In this document: one piece after another, positions 18,655 to 28,213 of the stretch
How the letters are laid out: the number at the start of each line of letters is the position of its first letter
Numbering within the stretch: the stretch's first letter is position 1
DNA from: Patescibacteria group bacterium
Lineage (GTDB): Bacteria > Patescibacteriota > Patescibacteriia > UBA10025 > JAHIVO01
DNA length: 64,000 nt
Assembly (NCBI GenBank): GCA_028718605.1
Contig: JAQULM010000002.1
Location: 257,776 to 321,775 of the forward strand
Reading direction: 5' to 3'
Made by a program: the position numbers and the translations under genes
Notes under the pieces: model-generated
What the model was told of the DNA's origin: nothing
Databases searched by the model: none
Seen by the model: the letters and a program-made list of their open reading frames with translations, nothing else

Positions 18655-20976
18655 TCACGATTGCTGTGCGTTTTTCTTTTTGAGTATATACCACCGTAGC
18701 GCAAAACCAACGCCAGCTGCCGCACCAACGGATGCGATGACGATAACGGGAACCGAGGACGGCTGTTCGGGAATGTTCTGTGGCAACTCAACGGTACCTT
18801 CAGTCGACGTACCGAGAACGGTGCCCTCGCGCGTGGTGGCCGCTTCTGGGGCAATGGCAATATCGCCCTCTCCCCTCGGCAGTATCCGCAACCCGGCATC
18901 TGTCTTATCAAGGACTCCGGTTATAGTAATGCCGGCGCCTGCCGTAACGTCTGGCTTTGCCATGCCGGTTTTCGCTTGAATATACGCTCGGATTGAATTC
19001 CCCTGTGAGTCAACAATATAGACGCTCCGGCCGCTCACGCTTTCAACTTCACCAGAAATAGTAATCAGATCGCCAATCATCGCTTCATTAATATCGCCGA
19101 TCCCAACACGTTTAGGCGCGGAGCCGTTTGCACCATCTTCCCGCTCATCAACTGCGCTACTGCTCACCGGCGTTGCAGTTTTTTTGACGCTCCGTTCTTC
19201 GGTCTCGGCTTCTTCCTCGAGAGCATCGGCATTCTCGGCACCGGGCGTCGGTTCGTCAGTCCAGTACCATCCGTCCGACGATGCCGTGCGGGCAAATGAT
19301 AACCCTTCCTTGGCAGTTTCATACGAAACGCCGTTGATAATGCCGCCGTGCGGATCGATGAGGTAAACAGTTTCACGGTCATTATTCAGACTGATACGGC
19401 TCTCCGCGCGTTCCAAAAGAAAATAATCATGCGCTGCGATCTTCGAACCGGGCGGGAATGAAAAATACACCTTTGAATCGGTTACCTGCCAACAGTCCAG
19501 CGAGACATCGCGGCTGCCCGCATTGTACAGTTCGATAAATTCGCACTCCTGGTCCGGACCGGTGCAATTCGGGAATAGCTCGCTGAAAATAACATCGTTT
19601 GAATAATCAAAATCGGTTACGGTTACCGGCTCCTCAACTTCTGACTCGCCGCCATTGCCGTCCTGCACCAGCAATGTGACGGTGTATTTTCCCGCTTTCG
19701 GATACGAGTATTCAATTTCAACGCCATTACCGTCACCTCCATCTCCAAAATTCCAGATATACTCAAGCGAATCCCCATCGGGGTCATCCGAATCGGCGGC
19801 ACTAAACTGCACTGGCTGCCCGACTTTCGGCGATTCCTTATCGATTGAAATGATTGCTTCGGGCTGCTGGTTCGAAACGGTAAAAATATTCGCCTCTCCC
19901 GGCGTCGGCTGGTACGACCATGCCCATTCACCGTCAACCAAACTATACGAACGCCCTTCAGCGCAGCCAGCGTAGGTTACTGAATCCAGTGCGTTTCCAT
20001 TCGGCTGATACAGTGTAACGCCATCGGTTGAATTATTCAGCATAATGCCCGAAACGGACTTCGAAATCGTGAAAAAACCTCCGCCGGGAATAATCGTCGT
20101 ACTGAAATCCTCCTTCACGATTGTATAGCGCCGGGTACTCTGGTCACCGGCCTGCCAGCCTGCAACATCAACAGGCGTCGTGCCAGTATTGGCGAGCTCA
20201 ATAAATTCAGCATCGTCGCTGCCTTCGGGATTCGGAAGCAATTCGGACAACGCGATTGCGGTGGAATACGCTGGGCTTGCCGGGGGCGCTGGAGGCTCCG
20301 AGGGCTCTGCGGGATCATCAGGCGCTTCCGGTTCGTCCGGAACTTCGATGTTCAAATATTCCTGTTCAGACGCTGCGTCCTGCGGTTCGGACACGTCCCG
20401 AATATTGAAATCCGCGGCGTTTTGATCGGTGTCTTCCCCATTACCGAGATAGTAATGCGCTCCTCCCTCAACCATCGTTTCTGCCGTTGAATCAGCCTGC
20501 GCTTTGCGCTCCACGCTTTTATTCGGGCCAGGATTCGGGAGTGCCGCTCCCTCAAAAACCGACGCTGTACCAAAACCAACGGCGTCAACAACTTCTGCTG
20601 CGGCATCGAGGAGCAGGACTGTATTATTGTCAGCGATCGAGGTGGTGGTCGAGTAGTACAAATCAGGCTGTACACTGCCGAGGTACCCGGCAGGGTGCGC
20701 AACCAGTACGAAGGAATGTGCAGGAATGGAGCGGTCCCCAAACGTATCGACCAGAATATATTCCGTTCCCGAGGCTGTCTTTTTAATCAGCTGCCAACCA
20801 TCGACACTCACCGCACCATCCATCGGATTGTACAACTCGATAAACTCGTCCGTTGTCTTCCCGCTGCCGCCGGTTATTTGCACCTCGCTGATGACGATGT
20901 GGTCCACGGTTATTGCGTCACTAATAAACGGCCACGCGAAAAGCATCGCGATGAGGACAAACAGGAACTTTTTCAT
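18655..20976 (-). CDS. Large surface protein with three lamin-tail-domain (LTD) repeats, a PKD-like domain and a C-terminal TM anchor.
   Basis: Signal peptide MKKFLFVLIAMLFAW. LTD signatures IVISEVQ..DEFIELYNP, ALSELLPNPEGSDDAEFIELAN and VIFSELFPN..ECEFIELYN. The PKD-like block is YIWNFGDGGDG...KYTVTLLVQD. C-terminal hydrophobic segment plus KKKN. Confidence 0.6.
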   Translation of the reverse strand: MKKFLFVLIAMLFAWPFISDAITVDHIVISEVQITGGSGKTTDEFIELYNPMDGAVSVDGWQLIKKTASGTEYILVDTFGDRSIPAHSFVLVAHPAGYLGSVQPDLYYSTTTSIADNNTVLLLDAAAEVVDAVGFGTASVFEGAALPNPGPNKSVERKAQADSTAETMVEGGAHYYLGNGEDTDQNAADFNIRDVSEPQDAASEQEYLNIEVPDEPEAPDDPAEPSEPPAPPASPAYSTAIALSELLPNPEGSDDAEFIELANTGTTPVDVAGWQAGDQSTRRYTIVKEDFSTTIIPGGGFFTISKSVSGIMLNNSTDGVTLYQPNGNALDSVTYAGCAEGRSYSLVDGEWAWSYQPTPGEANIFTVSNQQPEAIISIDKESPKVGQPVQFSAADSDDPDGDSLEYIWNFGDGGDGNGVEIEYSYPKAGKYTVTLLVQDGNGGESEVEEPVTVTDFDYSNDVIFSELFPNCTGPDQECEFIELYNAGSRDVSLDCWQVTDSKVYFSFPPGSKIAAHDYFLLERAESRISLNNDRETVYLIDPHGGIINGVSYETAKEGLSFARTASSDGWYWTDEPTPGAENADALEEEAETEERSVKKTATPVSSSAVDEREDGANGSAPKRVGIGDINEAMIGDLITISGEVESVSGRSVYIVDSQGNSIRAYIQAKTGMAKPDVTAGAGITITGVLDKTDAGLRILPRGEGDIAIAPEAATTREGTVLGTSTEGTVELPQNIPEQPSSVPVIVIASVGAAAGVGFALRWYILKKKNAQQS

Positions 20977-21434
20977 ATATCTTTACGGTCAGTGTTTGAG
21001 GTGTCGCCGCCGGTATCGGCATACGGTTGCGTTCTGCGGCGATTTGTAAATGTATCCCATGCAATTGCCAAATTGAATAATTGCCGTGCAGATTTATCAT
21101 ATTCATTAATAAGCTTTTCACATACCGTTGTCTCAATTTGGTAAATATCTCGAATTTGTTCAAGGCTGACGACACATTCATTGCACTCAGCCATTGCGTC
21201 GTCGATATATTTCTGAAAACCACGCTTCTGATGTTTTTTGGCATACCCTTCCGCAACTAACCGGGGTGCTGCTTTACTTGACCTGCTGAGCTGATCTTTG
21301 AGGTCAAATTTTTCACATCCTGGCAATTGTGGAATTACCACGGTCATCACTTCGATGCATGCGGTATATAAATTTCTAAATACCTCTAAATCCTTAAAAC
21401 TTTTAATTGGACTACTCATATGTTGTTTACACAA
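20973..21434 (-). CDS. Four-helix-bundle protein of the family often annotated as 23S rRNA intervening-sequence protein.
   Basis: LEVFRNLY ... APRLVAEGYAKKHQKRGFQKYIDDAMAECNE matches this family. It overlaps the LTD gene start by 4 nt. The start could be 21434 or 21419; neither has an SD. Confidence 0.6.
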   Translation of the reverse strand: MCKQHMSSPIKSFKDLEVFRNLYTACIEVMTVVIPQLPGCEKFDLKDQLSRSSKAAPRLVAEGYAKKHQKRGFQKYIDDAMAECNECVVSLEQIRDIYQIETTVCEKLINEYDKSARQLFNLAIAWDTFTNRRRTQPYADTGGDTSNTDRKDI

Positions 21435-21558
21435 TCTTTAGCGATACCGGCAGCCCCAACGCCACCGCAAACGAACCTGACATTCACTCCCTCCCTCCCC
21501 AGCCCTGCCGAAAACCTTCCCCGTAAACGGCCAGGCCGGGAGGGGAAGGAGTGAAAAA

Positions 21559-21984
21559 TCACTCCTTGTCCTCCACGGACACCTTGTCCATGTCAATCTC
21601 CTCGACAACTACCTCGTCATTTACCTTCTCGGGAGTTGCTGAGCTCGCGTGTTTCGCCCCGCCGAGCATGATGAGGTTCTGCGCGATGATTTCAGTCGTG
21701 CTGCGCTTCACGCCGTCCTTGCCTGCCCACGAACGGTTGTGCAGCCGGCCGTCGATGTACACGCGGTCGCCCTTTTTCAGGTACTGGCCGACGACATCGC
21801 CGAGCTTGCCCCATGCGATGAGGCTGTGAAAGTCCGTTGTCTTCTGCTTCTTCTTCGACTTGAGATCGCGCCACGTGTAGTCAGTCGCCACACGGAACGA
21901 AGCGACAGACTGGCCTGACGGGAGCGAACGGAGCACTGGATCCGCGACCAGGTTGCCGATCAGCTCTGCCTTGTTGAGATTCAT
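21559..21984 (-). CDS. ssb: Single-stranded DNA-binding protein.
   Basis: OB-fold motifs (MNLNKAELIGNLVADPVLR, FRVATDYTWRD, ITAWGKLG-like block IAWGKLGDV) and a C-terminal acidic tail (EEIDMDKVSVEDKE). Start taken at the ATG with a GAAAGG SD. Confidence 0.8.
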   Translation of the reverse strand: MNLNKAELIGNLVADPVLRSLPSGQSVASFRVATDYTWRDLKSKKKQKTTDFHSLIAWGKLGDVVGQYLKKGDRVYIDGRLHNRSWAGKDGVKRSTTEIIAQNLIMLGGAKHASSATPEKVNDEVVVEEIDMDKVSVEDKE

Positions 21985-22134
21985 ACGACGATACCTTTCT
22001 TGGTTACCTGCCATGCACCGTGCACGACCGTTTCAGTAAAACGCGCTACACTCGTGAGGGGCCCCGCAGCGCATGAAAACGTGCATGCATAGTTTTGGCT
22101 TATATTAGATAAAGAACGATTTATTTAATCTGCC

Positions 22135-22162
22135 TTGACAGTATTTGTAAAATGGGTAGAAT
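22135..22162 (+). promoter_or_regulatory. Promoter-like element: TTGACA, 16-bp spacer, TAGAAT.
   Basis: Consensus -35 with a good -10. It faces the low-GC island and runs antisense to the minus-strand small membrane-protein genes. No convincing CDS lies downstream. Confidence 0.3.
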
Positions 22163-22422
22163 ATAAAACAGCTCTAGAAAAAAGGCGTTACTGACTTTGC
22201 AGGCTCTGCTATCCGAAACCCCTCGTAACCCGAGGTTGCTAAAGATGGTAGAGAAAAGTAGCGTTTATATTTCTACGTTATTCGAGCTCCAAACTGACGA
22301 CCGAACCCTCATGCTAAGGTCGTTTTTTGGTTATACGAAAAACATCCGGCGCGTGATCGGGATACGGAAAGACCCACGTTATCTCCGTACTAGAACGTCA
22401 CGACATTCCACCGTCCATGGCT

Positions 22423-22749
22423 TTACTCTTTTCGATCATTCAACGGGCGATTTTGGTTTACGTTTTCGTTTGGTATTTTTCGATACTTGTTTTCTAACTT
22501 ATTGAACATCAAGATGCCCCCGAAATACAATGCGAGCATTCCAATCAATCGAGGAATGCTATTGAGGTACCTGAACTGGTAATTCATGATGAGCATGATT
22601 ACGAATATATAATTGAATAGCGCCTCAAACGAAATCACCCGTGCTAATTTAAAATTACTAACACGCATCGGTTTTCTGACTCGGAAAAACAAAGCAACGA
22701 TCGTGGCGACCGACAGGACTATAGTCCAAATCTCAATATACATGTCCAT
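22423..22749 (-). CDS. Small membrane protein (~108 aa, 3 predicted TM). Paralog 3 of a tandem triplet in a low-GC island.
   Basis: Hydrophobic helices WTIVLSVATIVALFF, YIFVIMLIMNY and LIGMLALYFGGILMF. AT-rich coding region. Confidence 0.45.
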   Translation of the reverse strand: MDMYIEIWTIVLSVATIVALFFRVRKPMRVSNFKLARVISFEALFNYIFVIMLIMNYQFRYLNSIPRLIGMLALYFGGILMFNKLENKYRKIPNENVNQNRPLNDRKE

Positions 22750-22770
22750 AGATAAATGATCAGTGAATTA

Positions 22771-23049
22771 TCACTCGTTGAAAAAAATTAACCCCAATGA
22801 AACGACCACATGCACTCCCCACGCCATGAGCGCGCCCTGTGCGTGGTATTTGTAGTTCTTGCTCGACAATCCGAAAAAAGCAACGAAGAACATCACGCCA
22901 CTCATTATTCCGATAGCGACCGCAAATATGTCAATTTCGGAATGTGAAAATACCACCTTCGCGAGGTATAGCGCCAATGACACCACGACGTACAGGGTTA
23001 AACCAATGATTCGCTCCCTCGAGAAAAATGTTTTGCTTAGATTTTGCAT
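22771..23049 (-). CDS. Small membrane protein (92 aa). Paralog 2 of the tandem triplet.
   Basis: Three hydrophobic helices. Size and architecture match the neighbours. Confidence 0.45.
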   Translation of the reverse strand: MQNLSKTFFSRERIIGLTLYVVVSLALYLAKVVFSHSEIDIFAVAIGIMSGVMFFVAFFGLSSKNYKYHAQGALMAWGVHVVVSLGLIFFNE

Positions 23050-23060
23050 CGCTCTGCAAG

Positions 23061-23324
23061 TTACTGGTTTTTATACTTCTTCAGCAAATACGAATAGAAT
23101 ATTGCGCCAGCAATAAATAGCGCTGTTCCAATTAAATATACATAGAATTTAATCTGACTGCCGTAAGTAAAAATTAGAACCGCATACAAATAGAAGAAAA
23201 TCGAGGCAAGAAAAACAACGACCGAGGTCCGTACATTTTGGAATCGGGCATAGTGCCGATATGCCCCAAACTGCACAATGATGAAAAAGACCGTGATTCC
23301 AATGAGAGTTAGTTCTGTGTCCAT
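23061..23324 (-). CDS. Small membrane protein (87 aa). Paralog 1 of the tandem triplet.
   Basis: Three hydrophobic helices (LIGITVFFIIVQFGAY, VVVFLASIFFYLYAVLIF, LIGTALFIAGAIFYSYLL). Confidence 0.45.
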   Translation of the reverse strand: MDTELTLIGITVFFIIVQFGAYRHYARFQNVRTSVVVFLASIFFYLYAVLIFTYGSQIKFYVYLIGTALFIAGAIFYSYLLKKYKNQ

Positions 23325-23410
23325 AGGATACTCAGTGAATAGTAAATTTTATTACGAAATATGTTTACATTAATGTATCGGAGAGAAGTAGACCTTCTCT
23401 CCGATTTACT

Positions 23411-24019
23411 TCACGGCCTGGTAATCCACGGTGGTACTACGGGGAATCCCCATGATACATTAACGCAGAATCCACCCCATGCGTTATAACATGCTTGAAG
23501 TACCGAGCCAGTGAAACCGCTAACCGCTCCAACCAGTGGAAACCATAGCACTGTGATTGTGCCTATCTGCAATCCGTTGGCAATCTGCGAGGCGGTTGAC
23601 CCCCAGAAACAACACCGTATTCCCCACCAGTATCGCCAACAAGCGCTACCGAGAGCAGTCGAACCAGGTTTCCTCTGCTCCTGAAGTATCAGGGAGTTCA
23701 CAATCGGGATGCCGTCCTTCAAACCATTCGCGGCATTCATTTCGCCGGATGTGAGATTCTTGCCCTCTGCGCTTAGAAATCCCTGAAAATCCAAGGTATA
23801 CGTACCATCGTCATTAATGGTTACAAACCGATCCATCTTTGCAATGGTATTTTCCACTACCTTGTACTGTTCAAGCATGAGGGCGAGGGAATCAACACCG
23901 GGATTGTCCGTAGGACCGGCAATGGTCGTAGAGGTTTTATCGCCCAACTGCGAACAACCGTAGATCGCCAGTGCAAAGACACCGACAACCACCATAAAAA
24001 TCAAATTCTTGCGTTTCAT
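23411..24019 (-). CDS. Lipoprotein with a Cys/Trp/Gly-rich hydrophobic C-terminal domain. Candidate secreted toxin or bacteriocin-like protein.
   Basis: Signal peptide plus a lipobox-like AIYGC. C-terminal ~80 aa: SACWRYWWGIRCCFWGS...VLWFPLVGAVSGFTGSVLQACYNAWGGFCVNVSWGFPVVPPW. Confidence 0.45.
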   Translation of the reverse strand: MKRKNLIFMVVVGVFALAIYGCSQLGDKTSTTIAGPTDNPGVDSLALMLEQYKVVENTIAKMDRFVTINDDGTYTLDFQGFLSAEGKNLTSGEMNAANGLKDGIPIVNSLILQEQRKPGSTALGSACWRYWWGIRCCFWGSTASQIANGLQIGTITVLWFPLVGAVSGFTGSVLQACYNAWGGFCVNVSWGFPVVPPWITRP

Positions 24020-24212
24020 TTCGCAACCATCGCTTTCTGCCCGGAAATATTTTCCAGGCTGTTTCGTTCAGTTTCAGTTGACCGTGGTTTTTCAAAGGGC
24101 AGATGTGTCGGTTGCCAGAGACCCACGTACTATCTGGCTACCGGCGTTTGTGTCTAATCCAGAACGCCTCCTTTCTCACTCATTAAAGAGCAATTTAAAG
24201 ATGAAATTTCAA

Positions 24213-25277
24213 TCAATTCGCATCCTCAACCAACACCGGCCGGGTCGCTTCCCCTTGAGACGGATCCATCGTGAACCGCTTGCCGTTCGCTCGGAGAAAG
24301 AACACCCCATTTTCTACCTTTTCAATGACGACATCCGTAGTTATCAAATGGTCGGGATCTTCATATGAAATACCTGTATTAGCATACGGATCTGGTTCGG
24401 TGATATCAATATATTGAAAAGAAATGTGCTCCCCTGCTGGTATTATTGATATAAAATTGAGTCGTGTCCGATCATTATTCCATATAAAACTTGTGTACCG
24501 TTCATCAATCTTACCGAGTCCCCGAATTTCATTGGCTCCGAGCTCACGCGAGGTACCGTCTAATTGATTCCGCATAATAATACTCTGCTCGCCATTATTA
24601 TACGTTTGCAGTAGCAGAACATATACGCCGCCTGAAAATTCATATTGAACAACGTTTGTTACTAAAATGGAAAATGTCGACAGCGCTTTGTCAATCAAAC
24701 TGCGATTAGCATTGATTACCTCCGGCGACTGAGCTGCGAAATCAATCGCATAGTAGTACTGGCCGCTTGAAAAGATATAATATTCCATTGCTCCCCGTGC
24801 CGATTCAATTTCATGGCGAGAATCGTCCCTTAAAAAAAACTGGACGCTCTTCTCTCCTATTTTTTTCTCTGTGACAGTGGCCTCCGTAGTATTAATATCC
24901 GCGATTAATTCTCCTTCAGTCACGCCATCAGCCAAAGAATATACAATTATCCCCATCGAGATTCTTTCATCCGTTTCGGTATATGGTACCTTGTGATCCG
25001 CCTCGCTGCCGGAGCCAAACTCCTCGAGCGAGAGCGTTCGTATCGCCAGGTCCGACTCCTCGATTAATCCCTCCATCGGCACACTATGGTGCCACCAGGC
25101 CGACGGGTACTCGATTGAGTAGTGGTACTCTGCTGACGTAAAACGGGTCTGCCGGGTGTTCGTATTCCCCGTCCCCGTGCTTTCCGAATTCTCCTTTTGA
25201 AATACGATGAAAGCACACGCTCCGGCGACTACGGCAAGTGCAACACCGAATACAATTGCATTTCTTGTATTATTCAT
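24213..25277 (-). CDS. Secreted or membrane-anchored hypothetical protein, 354 aa.
   Basis: N-terminal signal/anchor (AIVFGVALAVVAGACAFIVF). No recognised catalytic motif. Confidence 0.45.
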   Translation of the reverse strand: MNNTRNAIVFGVALAVVAGACAFIVFQKENSESTGTGNTNTRQTRFTSAEYHYSIEYPSAWWHHSVPMEGLIEESDLAIRTLSLEEFGSGSEADHKVPYTETDERISMGIIVYSLADGVTEGELIADINTTEATVTEKKIGEKSVQFFLRDDSRHEIESARGAMEYYIFSSGQYYYAIDFAAQSPEVINANRSLIDKALSTFSILVTNVVQYEFSGGVYVLLLQTYNNGEQSIIMRNQLDGTSRELGANEIRGLGKIDERYTSFIWNNDRTRLNFISIIPAGEHISFQYIDITEPDPYANTGISYEDPDHLITTDVVIEKVENGVFFLRANGKRFTMDPSQGEATRPVLVEDAN

Positions 25278-25364
25278 ATTGTTAAAATAATTAATTAGTA
25301 ATGGTTGGGAAGAAAGCGCACTGCCCTCTTCCCAATCTGCGAAAGCGAGTCGAACATGGCTGAC

Positions 25365-26069
25365 CTATTCTTCATCGGTCAAGCAGTTGTCAATCACGTA
25401 AAACTTCAGGTCGGCGGTCTTCTCTTTGCCGGTATTTACGTTGATAACGTGCTTGGCAATCCGATTTCGAACGCAGTAGTTGCCGTCGACAACCTCGAAC
25501 CGCCCGTCATGGAAGTTCGTTATGATAACCGCGGTATGTTGCCGCGTTCCAGTGAATTGCATCACTTCACCCGGCTGAGCGTACCGAATTCCGTCCCCGC
25601 GGTTGCGCCAGGGGTAGGTGTCTCGGTAATCGTACGTACCGCCGGGCAACGATGCCGCACCGCCAGAAGCCCGTTCAAGCAGCTCGCACGTGAGCAGTTT
25701 ACATTCCCCGCTGTATCCAGGGATAGTACTGCGATTACTATAGTCCCAGTCGCCTGGGACATAGCAACCCCATACACCCAATATATACTGCTCCCATTCA
25801 CAGGTGACCCGATCATTCTGGTCCCAGATCTGCTGATCAACAGAGTATAATGCCTCGAGAACGATCTGGCGGTTGCGGCCTGCTCGACCGAGCGACTCCC
25901 ACCACGAGCAATTCGGTGGTCTAGCAGCTAACCGTACCTCTCTACTCTGGCCGGTATCTTCCAGCGTTGGTTCAACCACTTGCTCACTATCCCCGCACCC
26001 TTGGAACAGCCCGAGTGCGACGACAAACACAACGGCGCCAACAAGCGCCCAACGTCTCCGTTTCATCAC
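25365..26069 (-). CDS. Lipoprotein with a putative CHAP-like amidase/peptidase domain.
   Basis: Signal peptide plus lipobox (LGLFQGCG). Cys-containing segment (GECKLLTCELL) and TRQHTAVIITNFHDGRFEVVDGNY, resembling the CHAP His region. Confidence 0.4.
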   Translation of the reverse strand: MMKRRRWALVGAVVFVVALGLFQGCGDSEQVVEPTLEDTGQSREVRLAARPPNCSWWESLGRAGRNRQIVLEALYSVDQQIWDQNDRVTCEWEQYILGVWGCYVPGDWDYSNRSTIPGYSGECKLLTCELLERASGGAASLPGGTYDYRDTYPWRNRGDGIRYAQPGEVMQFTGTRQHTAVIITNFHDGRFEVVDGNYCVRNRIAKHVINVNTGKEKTADLKFYVIDNCLTDEE

Positions 26070-26387
26070 ATACCTCCTTAACTATCGTTTCAGATTTCGT
26101 TTTGACAAAGTGCACCGTTAAGGAGAAACCCACGTTCTCCCTAATGATTAGGTTTGTGCTCCATATATACCTCGCTTTCTACTCTTGAAATGAGCTTTGT
26201 TTCTTTGTTATCCACCTGCTTATAACGAACTCGATTTGTACTTGTCCACAGATTTTTTCGACGGCGCACGGATGCGACGGCGCAACCTTTTTCCTGCGAA
26301 CATTCCGCCGTCTCAAACCGACCTAGACAGCACATCCGACGGCGTAAATTGTATTCTTTCAACGTTCATTTCTACTTTAAGTATAGC

Positions 26388-26420
26388 AAAAAAACAGGCA
26401 TCAACAAATGCCTGTTTACG
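26388..26420 (-). terminator. Bidirectional intrinsic terminator.
   Basis: CAGGCAT-caacaa-ATGCCTG hairpin flanked by an A7 run and TTTACG. Confidence 0.5.
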
Positions 26421-26440
26421 ATGAAAATTCATCCTCACCC

Positions 26441-26968
26441 TTACCACATCGCAAGCGCGTCGGGGGACATAACGTGCAATCCCGCCGCAATATTTTCCGC
26501 GCCGACCTCGAGCACGTACGCGACTTCAAAATACTGATACGGTGACGCACCGATACCAGTGTAGTTATAATCCTGCCCGCCCGGTCCCGGATTGGTTGGC
26601 ACAGCGTCGATATAATCCGGCACAAGGTTGTCGAGCGTCTCAGGATAATTTCCCTTGTCCTGCTTATAGGCGCTCAGTGCACTTCGGAGCGTTTTCATGT
26701 GATTGAGCCGCTGGAGATCCCGCACGCGGCCTTGTTCCAGCTCATCGGCGGTCATTGCTGCGCGGTTTGCGAGAACATTCGCGTCGGCTTGCTCAAGCGA
26801 TGATTCCGATCCTGGGTTATCAGTGTTCGTGTTCGCGGTTTCATCATTGTCAGCCCAAAAACTGTAGGCAAAGAGCCCAATAATGACGACCCATGCGATA
26901 ACAAGGATAACGGGCACTGTGTATGAACGCTTTGGCTTTTGCGGTTGCTCTGGTTGTACGTTTTCCAT
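26441..26968 (-). CDS. Type II secretion/type IV pilin-like (pseudopilin-like) protein.
   Basis: N-terminal hydrophobic helix, then DLQRLNHMKTLRSALSAYKQDKGNYPETLDNLVPDYIDAVPTNP, which resembles the GspG/pilin globular-domain motif. No canonical G/FTLIE prepilin cleavage motif. Confidence 0.35.
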   Translation of the reverse strand: MENVQPEQPQKPKRSYTVPVILVIAWVVIIGLFAYSFWADNDETANTNTDNPGSESSLEQADANVLANRAAMTADELEQGRVRDLQRLNHMKTLRSALSAYKQDKGNYPETLDNLVPDYIDAVPTNPGPGGQDYNYTGIGASPYQYFEVAYVLEVGAENIAAGLHVMSPDALAMW

Positions 26969-27058
26969 ATAGAAAAAGTATACGGGAAATAAAAGAGGCT
27001 GTCGAGCAAGACCCGACAGCCTTTTGGAACCACCTTCAAACGGGAACGGATCGGACGG

Positions 27059-28213
27059 CTAGAAGAGCTTTCCGGTAAGGGATCGGTGTTTAAGATCCTC
27101 GATGAGGGCGCTAACCGGGCGGCCGTCGTGAATCCGACGAATCGTCCGGGCAAAAATCGGCGCGGCATCAAGAACCTTCACCTTACTCGGGACCACGCCA
27201 TCGAACGCGACTGTATTGGTTGTCACCAGCTGCGTGATGGGTGACACCTCAAGTCTCTCTCCCGCACCGTCGGACGCAACCAAATGGGCAACAAACGAGT
27301 AAATACTCGCCGCGCCCAACCCGTCAAGCTGCTCTGCGGCACCGATGTTGGTGCTCCCCTTAAGAATCTCGTCATCCCACATGATACAGTGCCTGCCGGT
27401 GATAGACGCCCGCGTCTCCTTCAAAAGAGGGCTCTCTGTATCATCAGGTCGGAACTTGTGGACGATAACGAGCTGGTCGGGTGCCAATCCGAGATCGATC
27501 GCAATCTTCTGGGCATTCTTGATCCGCCCGTCGTCCGCGAGCGCTACGACCCAATCCCTCCGACCCTGCTCACGGATGTACTGGTAGAACAGGGGGGCGG
27601 CATAGATGTGGTCAAACGTTCGAGGGTCGAAAAATCCCTGAATCTGTGCGGCATGCAGGTCCATCGCGAGAATTCGATGTGCGCCTGCCATCTCGAGCAG
27701 ATCAGCGACGAGCTTCGCTGTGATTGAAATTCGGCCCTCTACTTTCTTGTCCGAGCGGGCGTAAAAGTAGTACGGCATCACGACCGTGATCCGATTCGCA
27801 GACGCCCCCTTCAGTGCGTCAACGATGATCAGAAGCTCCATGAAATCCTTATTGCAGAGCAAGCTCGCAATGTTTGGAATCCAACCGAGCATCTTGATGA
27901 GGCTCAACGCATACTGCCTCGTGGGGTTTGCGAGCTTCTCGACGCACTCCCGGAACAACTCGAGTACCTGCCCGCGCGCATCAGCGCCAAGTTCCGTGAA
28001 GAAGCGGTTATCAATGTTGCCGCGTGCTCCACTCTGGAACACAAATACATCCGCTTCGCGGACGTTTTCGCCGACAGTTACCTTAATATTGCCGTTCGAA
28101 AAGTCTACAAAGTTGATGTCCGTCACCGGAATCTTCAGGTAGTCGCAGACACCTGCTGTCAGCCGTGGATTTGACCGACCGCCACACACCACCATCTTCC
28201 CATACCTGGTCAT
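27059..28213 (-). CDS. prs: Ribose-phosphate pyrophosphokinase (PRPP synthetase), long form with an insertion.
   Basis: N-terminal MVVCGGRSNPRL..CDYLKIP block, PRPP-binding loop ALADDGRIKNAQKIA, and a GGAG SD before the ATG at 28213. The track ORF extends to 28312 without support. Confidence 0.75.
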   Translation of the reverse strand: MTRYGKMVVCGGRSNPRLTAGVCDYLKIPVTDINFVDFSNGNIKVTVGENVREADVFVFQSGARGNIDNRFFTELGADARGQVLELFRECVEKLANPTRQYALSLIKMLGWIPNIASLLCNKDFMELLIIVDALKGASANRITVVMPYYFYARSDKKVEGRISITAKLVADLLEMAGAHRILAMDLHAAQIQGFFDPRTFDHIYAAPLFYQYIREQGRRDWVVALADDGRIKNAQKIAIDLGLAPDQLVIVHKFRPDDTESPLLKETRASITGRHCIMWDDEILKGSTNIGAAEQLDGLGAASIYSFVAHLVASDGAGERLEVSPITQLVTTNTVAFDGVVPSKVKVLDAAPIFARTIRRIHDGRPVSALIEDLKHRSLTGKLF

